A stretch of 64,000 nucleotides of DNA from Puniceicoccales bacterium (GTDB taxonomy: Bacteria > Verrucomicrobiota > Verrucomicrobiia > Opitutales > LL51). The notes under the pieces were generated by a model. It made no database searches and was not told where the DNA came from. It was given only the letters and a program-made list of their open reading frames with translations. Within the stretch, counting starts at the first letter, position 1; each line of letters opens with the position of its first letter. Below are positions 1 through 8,667 of the stretch, piece by piece. A program made the translations under genes and the position numbers. The stretch covers positions 286-64,285 of the forward strand of contig JAIRRZ010000021.1 of assembly GCA_031255715.1 (NCBI GenBank), in the 5' to 3' direction.

Positions 1-45
1 GCGGCAGCTCCTAACCCGTTTTGGAGAATAATACTGCAACCAAAT

Positions 46-954
46 GTGAGACTAGAAGAAGCAATGACTCTAGAAGACCAACTGTATCAAGCCTTAGAAA
101 GGGGAGATGAAAGGATGGTAGCTTTTCTGTTAGGAGCAGGGGTCGATTCTAATACAAGATATGGTCCAAACTTGCAGACTCTGGCGATGAAGGCCGCGCA
201 ATTATGGAGACGATCGGAAAATAGACATTCGGAATTGGCCTTGAGGATATTCTACTCCATAATAGAAATGGAAAATTTTGACCCTAATGTACGCGATTCT
301 AACAATGATACTATTGCTCATTATGCAATAAGGAACAAAAGTCCAGAGCTTGCAGAGTGTCTCTTTTTTAATCGGCCTGATATCGATTTAAATGCACTTG
401 GAAGCGACGGGCAAACGGTAATGCATCTCCTGTTAGAAAAGCAAATAACCTCACTCGAACCGGAGGCATGGGCTCCTATTGTCAGTATAGTATTAGATCA
501 TCCCAACTGGGATAGCACAACCAGAAATGGAAAAGGCCAAACTGTAATGGATATGTTAGCCGCTATCAAATTTGCCACCGAGGAATTGCTTGAAAGAATT
601 AATGCAGTACAGGCGGCGAATGGCAATCCTCAGCCAGAACAGGAATTAGCCGATCTCATCGTTTCAACGATAAATGAAGAGGATATTGGACTAATACCAG
701 ATTATTTCGACGAACATCCTGGTTTTAACATTAATTGGCAAGACCCAGAAACTGGACGCACACTGCCGATGTACGCTGTTGTGACAGGAATGGTAGGGAT
801 CGTGGAAGCATTGTTGGCTCGGAAAAGGGGTTATAATTTTGCGTTGAAAGACAAGGAAGGAAAAACTGTTTTTGACTATGCTGAAGCTAATCGTAATGAA
901 GACATGATGAACGTATTGCTAGCCGTAAGGGACGGGGCTGATATGCATGAGTAA
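46..954 (+). CDS. Ankyrin-repeat protein without a signal peptide (start GTG 46 or ATG 64)
   Basis: ANK-like units are visible, e.g. DTIAHYAIRNKSPELAECLF..PDIDLNALGSDGQTVMHLLL and GRTLPMYAVVTGMVGIVEALLA..YNFALKDKEGKTVFDYA. The long ORF has no competing frame. Confidence 0.7.
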   Translation: MRLEEAMTLEDQLYQALERGDERMVAFLLGAGVDSNTRYGPNLQTLAMKAAQLWRRSENRHSELALRIFYSIIEMENFDPNVRDSNNDTIAHYAIRNKSPELAECLFFNRPDIDLNALGSDGQTVMHLLLEKQITSLEPEAWAPIVSIVLDHPNWDSTTRNGKGQTVMDMLAAIKFATEELLERINAVQAANGNPQPEQELADLIVSTINEEDIGLIPDYFDEHPGFNINWQDPETGRTLPMYAVVTGMVGIVEALLARKRGYNFALKDKEGKTVFDYAEANRNEDMMNVLLAVRDGADMHE

Positions 955-981
955 TAAATAGGACATGAGTAATAGGGATAG

Positions 982-1371
982 TTAGATTTTAGCCGGCTCG
1001 TGTTTCATTCGAAGGGCAAGAAGGATAATTTTTAAAATTTCCTGATCAATGGGCTTTTTTATGACACAATCGGCTTTCATTCGTAGTACTCTTTGGATGA
1101 TATTCTGATCGACGTAGGCTGAAATAAAAATAAATGATGAGAATGGCGGTTTCGGAAAAAGTTTTAAAATTTTTTCTAAGCAACAAAAACCATCCATCAT
1201 GGGCATGTCGATATCACAAATAATAATGTCAAAAAAAGTTTTCATTTGTACCTTGGATAAACCTTCTTCGCCATTACAGGCTATCTCAACTTCGTTGTCT
1301 AGAAAAATTAAAAGTTTTTCTAGTGTAAACCGAACGGGAAAATCATCTTCAATAAGTAAAATTTTAGACAT
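982..1371 (-). CDS. Single-domain response regulator (CheY-like receiver)
   Basis: The sequence runs MSKILLIEDD...DIIICDIDMPMMDG...ISAY...KADCVIKKP. ATG 1371 overlaps the upstream kinase stop by 8 nt. The track start at 1416 would add a hydrophobic extension read through the kinase 3' end. Confidence 0.8.
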   Translation of the reverse strand: MSKILLIEDDFPVRFTLEKLLIFLDNEVEIACNGEEGLSKVQMKTFFDIIICDIDMPMMDGFCCLEKILKLFPKPPFSSFIFISAYVDQNIIQRVLRMKADCVIKKPIDQEILKIILLALRMKHEPAKI

Positions 1372-2227
1372 TGGCAAAAGGAAGAATAACACGAAAATGA
1401 GTCTCTTTATGCTCATGGCTAAAAACTTTCATCGTTCCTTGATGTAATTTTACACAACGTGTCGCTAAATACATACCAATACCAATACCTTGGCGTGAGC
1501 CCGTATTCGAACCACGCTTAAACAATTGGGATAATTTTTGAATTTCCGCCGAAGGAATGCCAATCCCATGGTCAATGACATCGAAGAGAATATGTTTATA
1601 TCGGACTCTTACCCGCAAGAGCACAAGATCATCCGAATATTTCAGTGCATTACTTAGAAGATTCGTTAGAATATGATCCAATAGTGATGCATCAATGTTA
1701 ACAATGGGTTTAACACTGTGTTCTATTATCGTTTGAATCCTTCTCAAGGATTTGTTCTGCTCCAAACCTTCAACAATTGACGAACATAAATGCAAAATAT
1801 TTGTCGGTTGCGGATTGTAATTAATCTGTTGATGTTGTAAGCGTCCGATGAGTACAATATCATCCATCATTTTTGTCATCCGGTTAATACTCTTGCGAAC
1901 ATTTTCAAAAAGGTGTAATTTTTCATCCTCATTCAATCGATCACTGTAATTCTCGAGGAGATCGATCGACGAGTAAATCGTCGTCATTGGATTGCGCAAT
2001 TCATGGGAAGCGATATTCACAAACATCCCGCGAATTTGGACCAATTCTTGCAATGCAACAAATTTTGAAAATATTTTCTTAAGCTTACGCTCATACAAAT
2101 AGCAAAGAATACTTGTAGCGAAAAATGAAATCCAAACAACGAATGCACAACACAGATGGCTATACATTAATAAATAAATAAAAACTGAATAAATGACAAA
2201 AATAATTACTAACAGTGCCTTACCCAC
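1364..2227 (-). CDS. Membrane sensor histidine kinase (2 TM, DHp, HATPase)
   Basis: H-box SHELRNPMTTI, N-box LTNLLSNALKY, G1 DHGIGIP and G2 GIGIGMYL are present, with two N-terminal hydrophobic segments. The start is GTG. Confidence 0.85.
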   Translation of the reverse strand: MGKALLVIIFVIYSVFIYLLMYSHLCCAFVVWISFFATSILCYLYERKLKKIFSKFVALQELVQIRGMFVNIASHELRNPMTTIYSSIDLLENYSDRLNEDEKLHLFENVRKSINRMTKMMDDIVLIGRLQHQQINYNPQPTNILHLCSSIVEGLEQNKSLRRIQTIIEHSVKPIVNIDASLLDHILTNLLSNALKYSDDLVLLRVRVRYKHILFDVIDHGIGIPSAEIQKLSQLFKRGSNTGSRQGIGIGMYLATRCVKLHQGTMKVFSHEHKETHFRVILPFANV

Positions 2228-2386
2228 GAAATATCTTCAACTAAGCCCATCAAAAAAAGCAATATTTTTTAATGAAAAATCTATTTTTGTTGTTTTTTTT
2301 ACGACAATCGCATCTATTGTTAGAATAAAATCAATGGTAAAATTATGCCGTCGCAATGAATTTTCGTAAAACTTTTAAGGCAAAGC

Positions 2387-2414
2387 TTGACAAAAAAAGA
2401 TAAGCTCCTAGATT
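2387..2414 (+). promoter_or_regulatory. Sigma70-type promoter upstream of tRNA-Asp
   Basis: TTGACA (2387-2392), a 16-nt spacer and TAGATT (2409-2414) lie 14 nt before the tRNA 5' end. Confidence 0.45.
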
Positions 2415-2427
2415 AAAAGCCATGGTT

Positions 2428-2504
2428 GGGGTGGTAGCTCAATTGGTTAGAGCGCCTGCCTGTCACGCAGGAGGCCGCGGGTTCGAGTCCCGTCCATCCC
2501 GCCA
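2428..2504 (+). tRNA. tRNA-Asp (anticodon GUC), CCA encoded
   Basis: A cloverleaf was drawn by hand. Acceptor GGGGTGG pairs with CCATCCC. D-stem is GCTC/GAGC. Anticodon stem is CCTGC/GCAGG with loop CTGTCAC (GTC at 2462-2464). T-arm is GCGGGTTCGAGTCCCGT. Discriminator G plus CCA follows, then a T-run. Confidence 0.95.
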
Positions 2505-2549
2505 TTTTTTGCTTGACGTATTTTTTATTGTCAATGTTTTCTAATAAGC

Positions 2550-3056
2550 ATGGGCACAACCGCTTATAAAACGGGATTGTTGTTGCTATTGTCCTGTTTA
2601 GTTATGTTTTTTGCATTTATCGACAGCGCTTGGCATGAACAAGAAGCATTCGTAATAGCTGGAAATTTTTTACGAATTATTATTCCATGTGTCGGCTGTT
2701 ATATTAGTTTGGCCAGAAAAGATAAAGTTGGCACCAAACAATTTTTCTATGCTATTTCAGTAACCATTCTGATAACCTATGCCATAAAATGGGCGACCTA
2801 TCGCATGGATATTGGCATTCGACCTTCCGGAGGTACAAAATCTTTTCCTTCGGGACATGCATCCTGCTCATTCCAAGGCGCATTTTTCTTATTTAAGCGC
2901 TACGGTTGGAAGCTAGGAATTCCAGCACTTATATTCGCTAGCTTGGCTACCTATAGCCGCATTTATGGCCGATATCACCACTGGAGAGATATTATTGTAG
3001 GATTTTTTATTGCACTTTTTGTTAACAAATTATTCGTAACCTCGAGGACAGCCTAG
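2550..3056 (+). CDS. PAP2-family membrane phosphatase
   Basis: The three PAP2 motifs are present: K..(x)..RP (IGIRP), PSGH (SFPSGHAS) and SR-x5-H-x3-D (SRIYGRYHHWRD). The protein has multiple TM segments. Confidence 0.8.
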   Translation: MGTTAYKTGLLLLLSCLVMFFAFIDSAWHEQEAFVIAGNFLRIIIPCVGCYISLARKDKVGTKQFFYAISVTILITYAIKWATYRMDIGIRPSGGTKSFPSGHASCSFQGAFFLFKRYGWKLGIPALIFASLATYSRIYGRYHHWRDIIVGFFIALFVNKLFVTSRTA

Positions 3057-3295
3057 GTACGGAATCACCCGATTCCCGCAAAAAAGTCAACGGGAAAAAG
3101 TTTTTTATCCAATGCTTCTCATTTTTCCACGAAGAAGTCCTAGGAATATTCATTCTAACCAACTTCTGCTCTAAGAATTTTCTTAAAATCTTTACCCCAA
3201 AGCCGTGAACCGCTCATCAACTGATCTACCTGCCTTTTGCCTCTTACGAAAAACCCAATTAGTCAATCTTAAAAATTTTTTCTAATAAAAAAGTA

Positions 3296-3347
3296 TTGAC
3301 TCGTGGGAAATTGTGGGAGAATATGGGAAAATATTACCAATTTGGGG
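3296..3347 (+). promoter_or_regulatory. mraZ promoter with MraZ-box direct repeats
   Basis: TTGACT lies at 3296-3301. Three TGGGA boxes at exact 10-bp phasing follow (3304, 3314, 3324), with a fourth TGGGG at 3343. They overlap the spacer and -10 region (GAATAT 3319-3324). Confidence 0.65.
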
Positions 3348-3359
3348 AAATAGAAGTTT

Positions 3360-3809
3360 GTGAGTTTTTCTGTAAAAAATTTTTATATCGGTGAACATGC
3401 GCGTTCCATAGATGAAAAAATGCGCATTGCTCTGCCTGTAAAATGGCGCCCAGAAAATGGAGAAGACATCTTTTTAGCACTCCCTAATCCTGTTGGGTGT
3501 ATCACCGTTTACCCACCAAAAATGATCGCACGCTTGGAAGCAAAGGTGGCAGAAGTCAGCTTCGGTGATACTCAAGGGCAAATGGTCCTCGCAAAATTGT
3601 TTTCTAAAGCAGATACTTTTTCCTGTGACTCCAGAGGTCGCATAAAAATCGAAGAAAAGTTGCTAAAACATGCCCAAATTCAATCGGAAGTTGTATTCGT
3701 TGGCGGAGGCAGCACGTTCAATATGTGGGAACCGGAAAAATTTAGAAATTATCTAGAAAAAGAACCACTGGAAGATGTTGCTTCCGTACTCAAGGGATTA
3801 GGTCTATGA
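3360..3809 (+). CDS. mraZ: Transcriptional regulator MraZ
   Basis: The protein has two SpoVT/AbrB-like halves carrying D-x3-R motifs (DEKMRIALP, DSRGRIKI). It starts at GTG and sits directly upstream of rsmH with an ATGA overlap. Confidence 0.9.
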   Translation: MSFSVKNFYIGEHARSIDEKMRIALPVKWRPENGEDIFLALPNPVGCITVYPPKMIARLEAKVAEVSFGDTQGQMVLAKLFSKADTFSCDSRGRIKIEEKLLKHAQIQSEVVFVGGGSTFNMWEPEKFRNYLEKEPLEDVASVLKGLGL

Positions 3810-4726
3810 TCGAAGAAAAAACATTGCTCCATATTCCAATTATGCTCCGCGAAGCAGCGCAATTTCTTAATTTGCAGTATGGTGAAAATTTTTTGGATTG
3901 TACCTTCGGCGGCGGTGGACATAGCCGCTATTTTCTAGAAAACTATCCTAATATTACCCTATTTGCCATCGATCGAGATCCACAAGTTGTTCCCCATGCC
4001 GAAAAATTACGGAAAGAATTTGGACATCGATTTCAATTCTTTACCTGTCCATTTTCAACAATTGATCAACTTTCTTTGCCACCTTTACGAGGTATTTTTT
4101 TCGATTTTGGAATTTCAACGCTTCAGCTCGACAATGAAACTCGCGGATTTTCATTTCGCTACCATACACCATTGGATATGCGTATGGATCCTCAAAGGGG
4201 TATGGCGGCCTGTGAATTTTTGGAAACGGCCGATCGTAGACAGCTCATCGAAGCCATTCGAGACTTCGGCGAAGAGCGACATTGGCGCAAAATTATCACG
4301 TTAATTTTATCCCATCGAGGAAGCGAAGTTATCCAATATGCGGATACCTTCGCCGAGTGTATTGCAAAGAATTTACCAAAAAAATCCCATGAAAAAATCC
4401 ATCCGGCCACACGTACTTTCCAGGGCTTGCGCATTGCCATCAATAAAGAATTAGAAGAAATTCGTACCGCACTTCCCAAAGCTTTCAAACAGTTGGACCA
4501 AGGTGGGCGTTTGGTGGCGATTAGTTTCCATTCCCTGGAGGATAGGATCGTAAAGCAATTTTTTAACGAAAAGGCAGGAAAAGCAATCGATTGCCATGAA
4601 AAATGGAACGGACGCTGTTCCGTAGCAGAAATTTTAACGAAAAAACCCATAACACCGACAGATGCGGAAATTGCTAGCAATCATCGCAGCCGATCGGCAA
4701 AACTTAGAGCATTGGAGAAATTTTAA
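3806..4726 (+). CDS. rsmH: 16S rRNA (cytosine1402-N4)-methyltransferase RsmH
   Basis: H(I/V)P(V/I)ML, TFGGGGHS, DRD, DFGISTLQLD, SFHSLEDR and SRSAKLR motifs are present. Confidence 0.95.
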   Translation: MIEEKTLLHIPIMLREAAQFLNLQYGENFLDCTFGGGGHSRYFLENYPNITLFAIDRDPQVVPHAEKLRKEFGHRFQFFTCPFSTIDQLSLPPLRGIFFDFGISTLQLDNETRGFSFRYHTPLDMRMDPQRGMAACEFLETADRRQLIEAIRDFGEERHWRKIITLILSHRGSEVIQYADTFAECIAKNLPKKSHEKIHPATRTFQGLRIAINKELEEIRTALPKAFKQLDQGGRLVAISFHSLEDRIVKQFFNEKAGKAIDCHEKWNGRCSVAEILTKKPITPTDAEIASNHRSRSAKLRALEKF

Positions 4727-4727
4727 A

Positions 4728-5084
4728 ATGAATAGACAATTTATTAATAATCAACTTATTGTATCATTGGTCATAAGTTTGGCATTTGTTGCATTTACAA
4801 CAACATTTGGAACACTATATTTCCGCCGAGAAACCTTTATTCATGCCAATAATCTGAAGAAAATTGAAATACAGTGCGCGGAGCTTGAAAATGAAAATCT
4901 TATTCTATCCGCACGAATCGCGCAACTGCAAGCTCCCTGTTGCCTAAAAGAAAAAGCCTTTTCCCTATCACTAAGGACACCTAAGGAACAGGTTTTACGC
5001 ATACGAGGTTGGAATGATTATAAAGAACTTTTCCTGACACGCAGCACATTAGCCATGAATACGCCATCTATGTCCGATAGCTAA
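4728..5084 (+). CDS. FtsL-like cell-division protein (single TM plus coiled coil)
   Basis: ATG 4728 lies 1 nt after the rsmH stop. The protein has TM LIVSLVISLAFVAFTTTFGTLYF followed by the heptad-like NLKKIEIQCAELENENLILSARIAQLQ. Position after rsmH matches the dcw convention. The track start at 4662 overlaps rsmH. Confidence 0.55.
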   Translation: MNRQFINNQLIVSLVISLAFVAFTTTFGTLYFRRETFIHANNLKKIEIQCAELENENLILSARIAQLQAPCCLKEKAFSLSLRTPKEQVLRIRGWNDYKELFLTRSTLAMNTPSMSDS

Positions 5085-5185
5085 CTAAAGTATTTAAAAT
5101 AGTCAAAGCTGCACCAATAGCTGAAATGAAAAGATAGAAAGAAATGATATGGTTTATATAATTCCAATTTTTAGACAGATATGCT

Positions 5186-5220
5186 AAAAACCCCCAAAAT
5201 TAAATTCGAGGGTTTTTTTC
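5186..5220. terminator. Possible bidirectional terminator between ftsL-like and rpsA (convergent genes)
   Basis: AAAAACCC...GGGTTTTT stems are flanked by an A-run and a T-run. The loop is long, so the call is weak. Confidence 0.35.
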
Positions 5221-5233
5221 GGATCAATAAAAA

Positions 5234-6904
5234 CTATTCGCTGCGATCGATATCAATTTTATCAAAAATATCGCCCAAATTAGTCAATTCTTGATCACTT
5301 TTTAATTTGTCATAGGCTTTAATTTCAGCCTCGAGTGCGTTGGCATCGTAGTTTGCGACCTTAATGGATAGCCCAATGCGGCGTTCATTGCGATCAATTT
5401 TGATCACACGAGCCGTAACTTCATTGCCAATCGATAGCACATCTTTAATCTTCTCGACGTGATTTTCAGAAATTTGACTGATATGAATCATGCCATCGAT
5501 ACCGTGTGGCAGTTCAACAAATGCACCGTACGAGGTAATTTTGACTATTTTCCCCGTCACTAAACTGCTAATTTGGAAAAGTGCATCGATATTTTCCCAG
5601 GGATCATTCATCAGTTGTTTTATGCCAAGAGCAATACGTTGCTGGGTAGGATCGATGTCAATGACAATGGCATCAACCATATCACCTTTCCTCAAAACTT
5701 CGCTGGGATGATTAACTTTTTTTGTCCAGCTGATATCCGAAACGTGAATCATACCATCAATACCTTCTTCCAATTCAACGAAAGCTCCGTAGTTAGTGAT
5801 ATTGCGAACGGCTCCACGTATATGTGCACCCACGGGATAATTATGTTTCACCATTTCCCAAGGATTTTCATCGAGTTGTTTAATACCAAGTGCAATTTTT
5901 TGGTTTCCTTTTTCGATACCAATTACAACGGCTTCGATTTCAGTGCCGACTTTCAATAATTCACTGGGCTTATTAATGCGTTTCGTCCAAGACATTTCCG
6001 CCACGTGAACAAGACCTTCTACACCCGGCTCAATTTCAATAAAGGCTCCATAGGGTACAAGATTGACTACTTTACCATGAATTTTACTACCGAGAGGATA
6101 GCGGTATTCGATATTATCCCAAGGATTATTTTTAGTCTGCTTCATACCAAGGGCTACACGCTCCTTTTCAGGATCGATTTCAAGGACCATGACTTCGATT
6201 TCTTCGCCTACGCGGACCAATTCATTGGGATGCGATACCCTTCCCCAGGACATATCGGTAATGTGTAAAAGTCCATCGAGACCATCTAAGTCGACGAATA
6301 CACCGTAATCGGTAATATTTTTGACAATACCATGGCATATCGCACCGACTTGGATATTGGACATGGCCTTCTGTCGTTTATCTTTACGCTCTTCTTCAAT
6401 GAGCTCGCGCCGCGAAATAACAATATTCTTGCGTTCCAAATTAATCTTAACGATCTTAAAGTCGAAAGTTTGGCCGATATACTGATCGAGGTTTTTTTGA
6501 GCCTGAATATCAATTTGAGATCCGGGTAGAAAAGCATCAACACCGATATTGACTATTAAACCGCCCTTTGTTTTCGACTTAACTTTACCATGAACGATGG
6601 AACCTTCAGGACAAGTTTCAATGATACGGGCCCAGTTTTTTTTCTGTTCCGCCTTATCAAAGGAAATAATAGGATTTCCTTCCCGGTCCTCAAGTTTTTC
6701 AAGAAAAACATCGATGGTCTGTCCTACCGAAAATTCATTAACATCATTAAACTCAATTGCAGGAATTTTTCCTTCCGTTTTTGTTCCAATATCGACGACA
6801 ATAGTATTATCGCCAATCTCCGTTATGATCGCTGGAATTACTGTACCTGGAAGCAGCTCCTTGATAGGTTTTTCTTCCAGTAATTTTTCCATTATATTTG
6901 ACAT
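5234..6904 (-). CDS. rpsA: 30S ribosomal protein S1 (six S1 domains)
   Basis: Six repeats of G.V..I..YGAFV.L..G..G(L/M)(L/I)H.S(D/E). The length of 556 aa is typical. Confidence 0.95.
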   Translation of the reverse strand: MSNIMEKLLEEKPIKELLPGTVIPAIITEIGDNTIVVDIGTKTEGKIPAIEFNDVNEFSVGQTIDVFLEKLEDREGNPIISFDKAEQKKNWARIIETCPEGSIVHGKVKSKTKGGLIVNIGVDAFLPGSQIDIQAQKNLDQYIGQTFDFKIVKINLERKNIVISRRELIEEERKDKRQKAMSNIQVGAICHGIVKNITDYGVFVDLDGLDGLLHITDMSWGRVSHPNELVRVGEEIEVMVLEIDPEKERVALGMKQTKNNPWDNIEYRYPLGSKIHGKVVNLVPYGAFIEIEPGVEGLVHVAEMSWTKRINKPSELLKVGTEIEAVVIGIEKGNQKIALGIKQLDENPWEMVKHNYPVGAHIRGAVRNITNYGAFVELEEGIDGMIHVSDISWTKKVNHPSEVLRKGDMVDAIVIDIDPTQQRIALGIKQLMNDPWENIDALFQISSLVTGKIVKITSYGAFVELPHGIDGMIHISQISENHVEKIKDVLSIGNEVTARVIKIDRNERRIGLSIKVANYDANALEAEIKAYDKLKSDQELTNLGDIFDKIDIDRSE

Positions 6905-7029
6905 GAATTATACTCCACTGGGGAGGTTAAGGGTTTATATATGTAACATCACCGTGATATTACTACTTGGGAAAGGATTTCAAAAAATAAAATTAGGCAA
7001 GATATAAAATATATTTTTAATAAATTACC

Positions 7030-7247
7030 AGAGGGCCCCAATGGGCTCCGCCACATACCTCACGAGGAATCATAGATTCCTTGACTTCGGAATTATCGCA
7101 AAACTTCGCATAATTAGGCCCTATGGTTTTTATAAACTCCCCCAACTGCCGCCACTACCGGATGTTACCCGAGGTGGCGGCCAAAATCCAAGTCTAAGGA
7201 AGGCATCCCCTAGCGGCAATCTCCAAGGGCACACCCTTTTTTTCACA
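7030..7247. repeat. GC-rich intergenic repeat element, copy 1
   Basis: It shares modules with copies at 44936 and 61397: TTCCTTGACTTCGG, a long GC hairpin (GCCGCCAC...GTGGCGGC), ATCCCCT(A/G)G, and a terminal AAGGG-N-CCCTT hairpin followed here by T7. Confidence 0.6.
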
Positions 7248-7301
7248 AAAAACTATAGATTTCTTTGGCCATTTTAAGAATAAATGCCCCTTTATTTCAG
7301 G

Positions 7302-8480
7302 CTAAGCATTTCTCACAAAATAGGTTTGCAATGGAGGGAATCCATTGAACCCCACGGCACAATAACTTGCCGTATAAGCACCCGTCGTCAGCCAATAAAC
7401 GCGAGAACCAATACTAATATTCTGCGGTAAAGGATTGCGAAAATTTTCATACAGGATATCCTGGCTATCGCAGGTTGGTCCTGCAATAATAAAATCGTCG
7501 CTCAAAGGTCCTTTTATCCCACAATAGAGTGGATATTTTAAGCTTTCTCCAATGGTCTCAATTAAACCATTAAATGTGCCAGTATCTAGATAAACCCAAC
7601 GATCTACGCCAACTCGCGATTTCTGTGAAATAAGCACTACTTCCGTCACCAAGACCCCAGCTCCTGCAACCAAGGAACGTCCCGGTTCCATGACGACTTC
7701 CAATGGATTTTCTTCGGAAAAATCTTCACGCAAATAGCGAGTAATCTCTTGGGCATATACATCAATATCGCACGTTTTATTAATATATCGCGCTGGTAAT
7801 CCACCACCCATATTAATTAATGTCAAAGGGATTCCCGCATCCTTTAAGTAGTTAAAAATGTAGCGAGCTTTAGCAATGGAAGAATCCCAGGCACCGATAT
7901 CACGCTGCTGAGAGCCAACGTGAAAGGATACACCGCATGGCTCTAAATGTAATTTTTGAGCTAGTAATAAAAGATCAATTGCCATGTCTGGATGGCAACC
8001 AAATTTGCGAGATAATGGCCAATCTGCCGTATCTGCACCTTCCGATGAAATACGAATAAAAATACGCGATTTGGGCGCCGCTAGGGCAAGATTGCGCAAG
8101 TCTGCTTCACTATCCGACACAAAAAGTTGAACACCTTTTTCATAGGCATATTCAATGTGCGAAACTTTTTTTATAATATTTCCATAGCTCATGCGATCAG
8201 GTGAAACGCCGATATTTAGCAAAATATCCATTTCATAGATAGAAGCGATATCAAAGAAACTCCCAAGGTCACGTAACAATTCTAAAACCGGTAGAGACGG
8301 ATTTGCTTTGACTGGATAATATATTGAAGCATAGGGAAAGCACTCCTTCATCCTAAAATAATTACGTCTAATGGTATCTAAATTGATCACAAGAAAAGGC
8401 GTTTCATGTTTGTCGGCCTCGGCTAACATCGTTTGCCAATCAACAGCCTCATAGTATTCAAGAGGGTTACATTTCATCAT
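7302..8480 (-). CDS. PLP-dependent ornithine/lysine decarboxylase (alanine-racemase-fold, group IV)
   Basis: YYPVKANP (PLP Lys), HVGSQ, GGGLP, EPGRSLV and GPTCDSQD (ODC-type rather than LysA CESGD) are present. Confidence 0.8.
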   Translation of the reverse strand: MMKCNPLEYYEAVDWQTMLAEADKHETPFLVINLDTIRRNYFRMKECFPYASIYYPVKANPSLPVLELLRDLGSFFDIASIYEMDILLNIGVSPDRMSYGNIIKKVSHIEYAYEKGVQLFVSDSEADLRNLALAAPKSRIFIRISSEGADTADWPLSRKFGCHPDMAIDLLLLAQKLHLEPCGVSFHVGSQQRDIGAWDSSIAKARYIFNYLKDAGIPLTLINMGGGLPARYINKTCDIDVYAQEITRYLREDFSEENPLEVVMEPGRSLVAGAGVLVTEVVLISQKSRVGVDRWVYLDTGTFNGLIETIGESLKYPLYCGIKGPLSDDFIIAGPTCDSQDILYENFRNPLPQNISIGSRVYWLTTGAYTASYCAVGFNGFPPLQTYFVRNA

Positions 8481-8667
8481 CTATTATTTTTCAGAAAATT
8501 ATTACAACCAATGCCTTCTTTTAGCCGTATTTTTTTGTTTGTAAAGATTTTTTAATAATAAAATAGAATTATCAATGAAACTGAGCCCATCTGACCGCAT
8601 TATCGAACATCGCCCGTGGCAAGAGTCGTAATCCGGGCCAGAGATAGATCTAGAGATCCTAAAGCTT

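Noticed and set aside
5490-7007. Multiple plus-strand ORFs (73-136 aa) opposite rpsA, and similar antisense ORFs inside ppdK, valS, glmS, mutS, pnp and comEC
   Set aside because: They are fully nested in long ORFs with unambiguous family motifs, and their own sequences are low-complexity and motif-less.
7030-7247. Possibility that the GC-rich structured regions are tmRNA, RNase P RNA or 6S RNA
   Set aside because: No tRNA-like end (…TCCACCA) or tag reading frame is present. The RNase P P4 motif (GAGGAAAGTCC…ACAGAA) is absent. Three diverged copies also argue against a single-copy housekeeping RNA.
7041-7277. 78-aa ORF, and the similar ORFs 44901-45092, 44987-45199 and 61420-61686, lying in the GC-rich elements
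   Set aside because: High GC depletes stop codons. The ORFs are not homologous to one another in frame, and they cross element boundaries arbitrarily. They are better explained as non-coding repeats.
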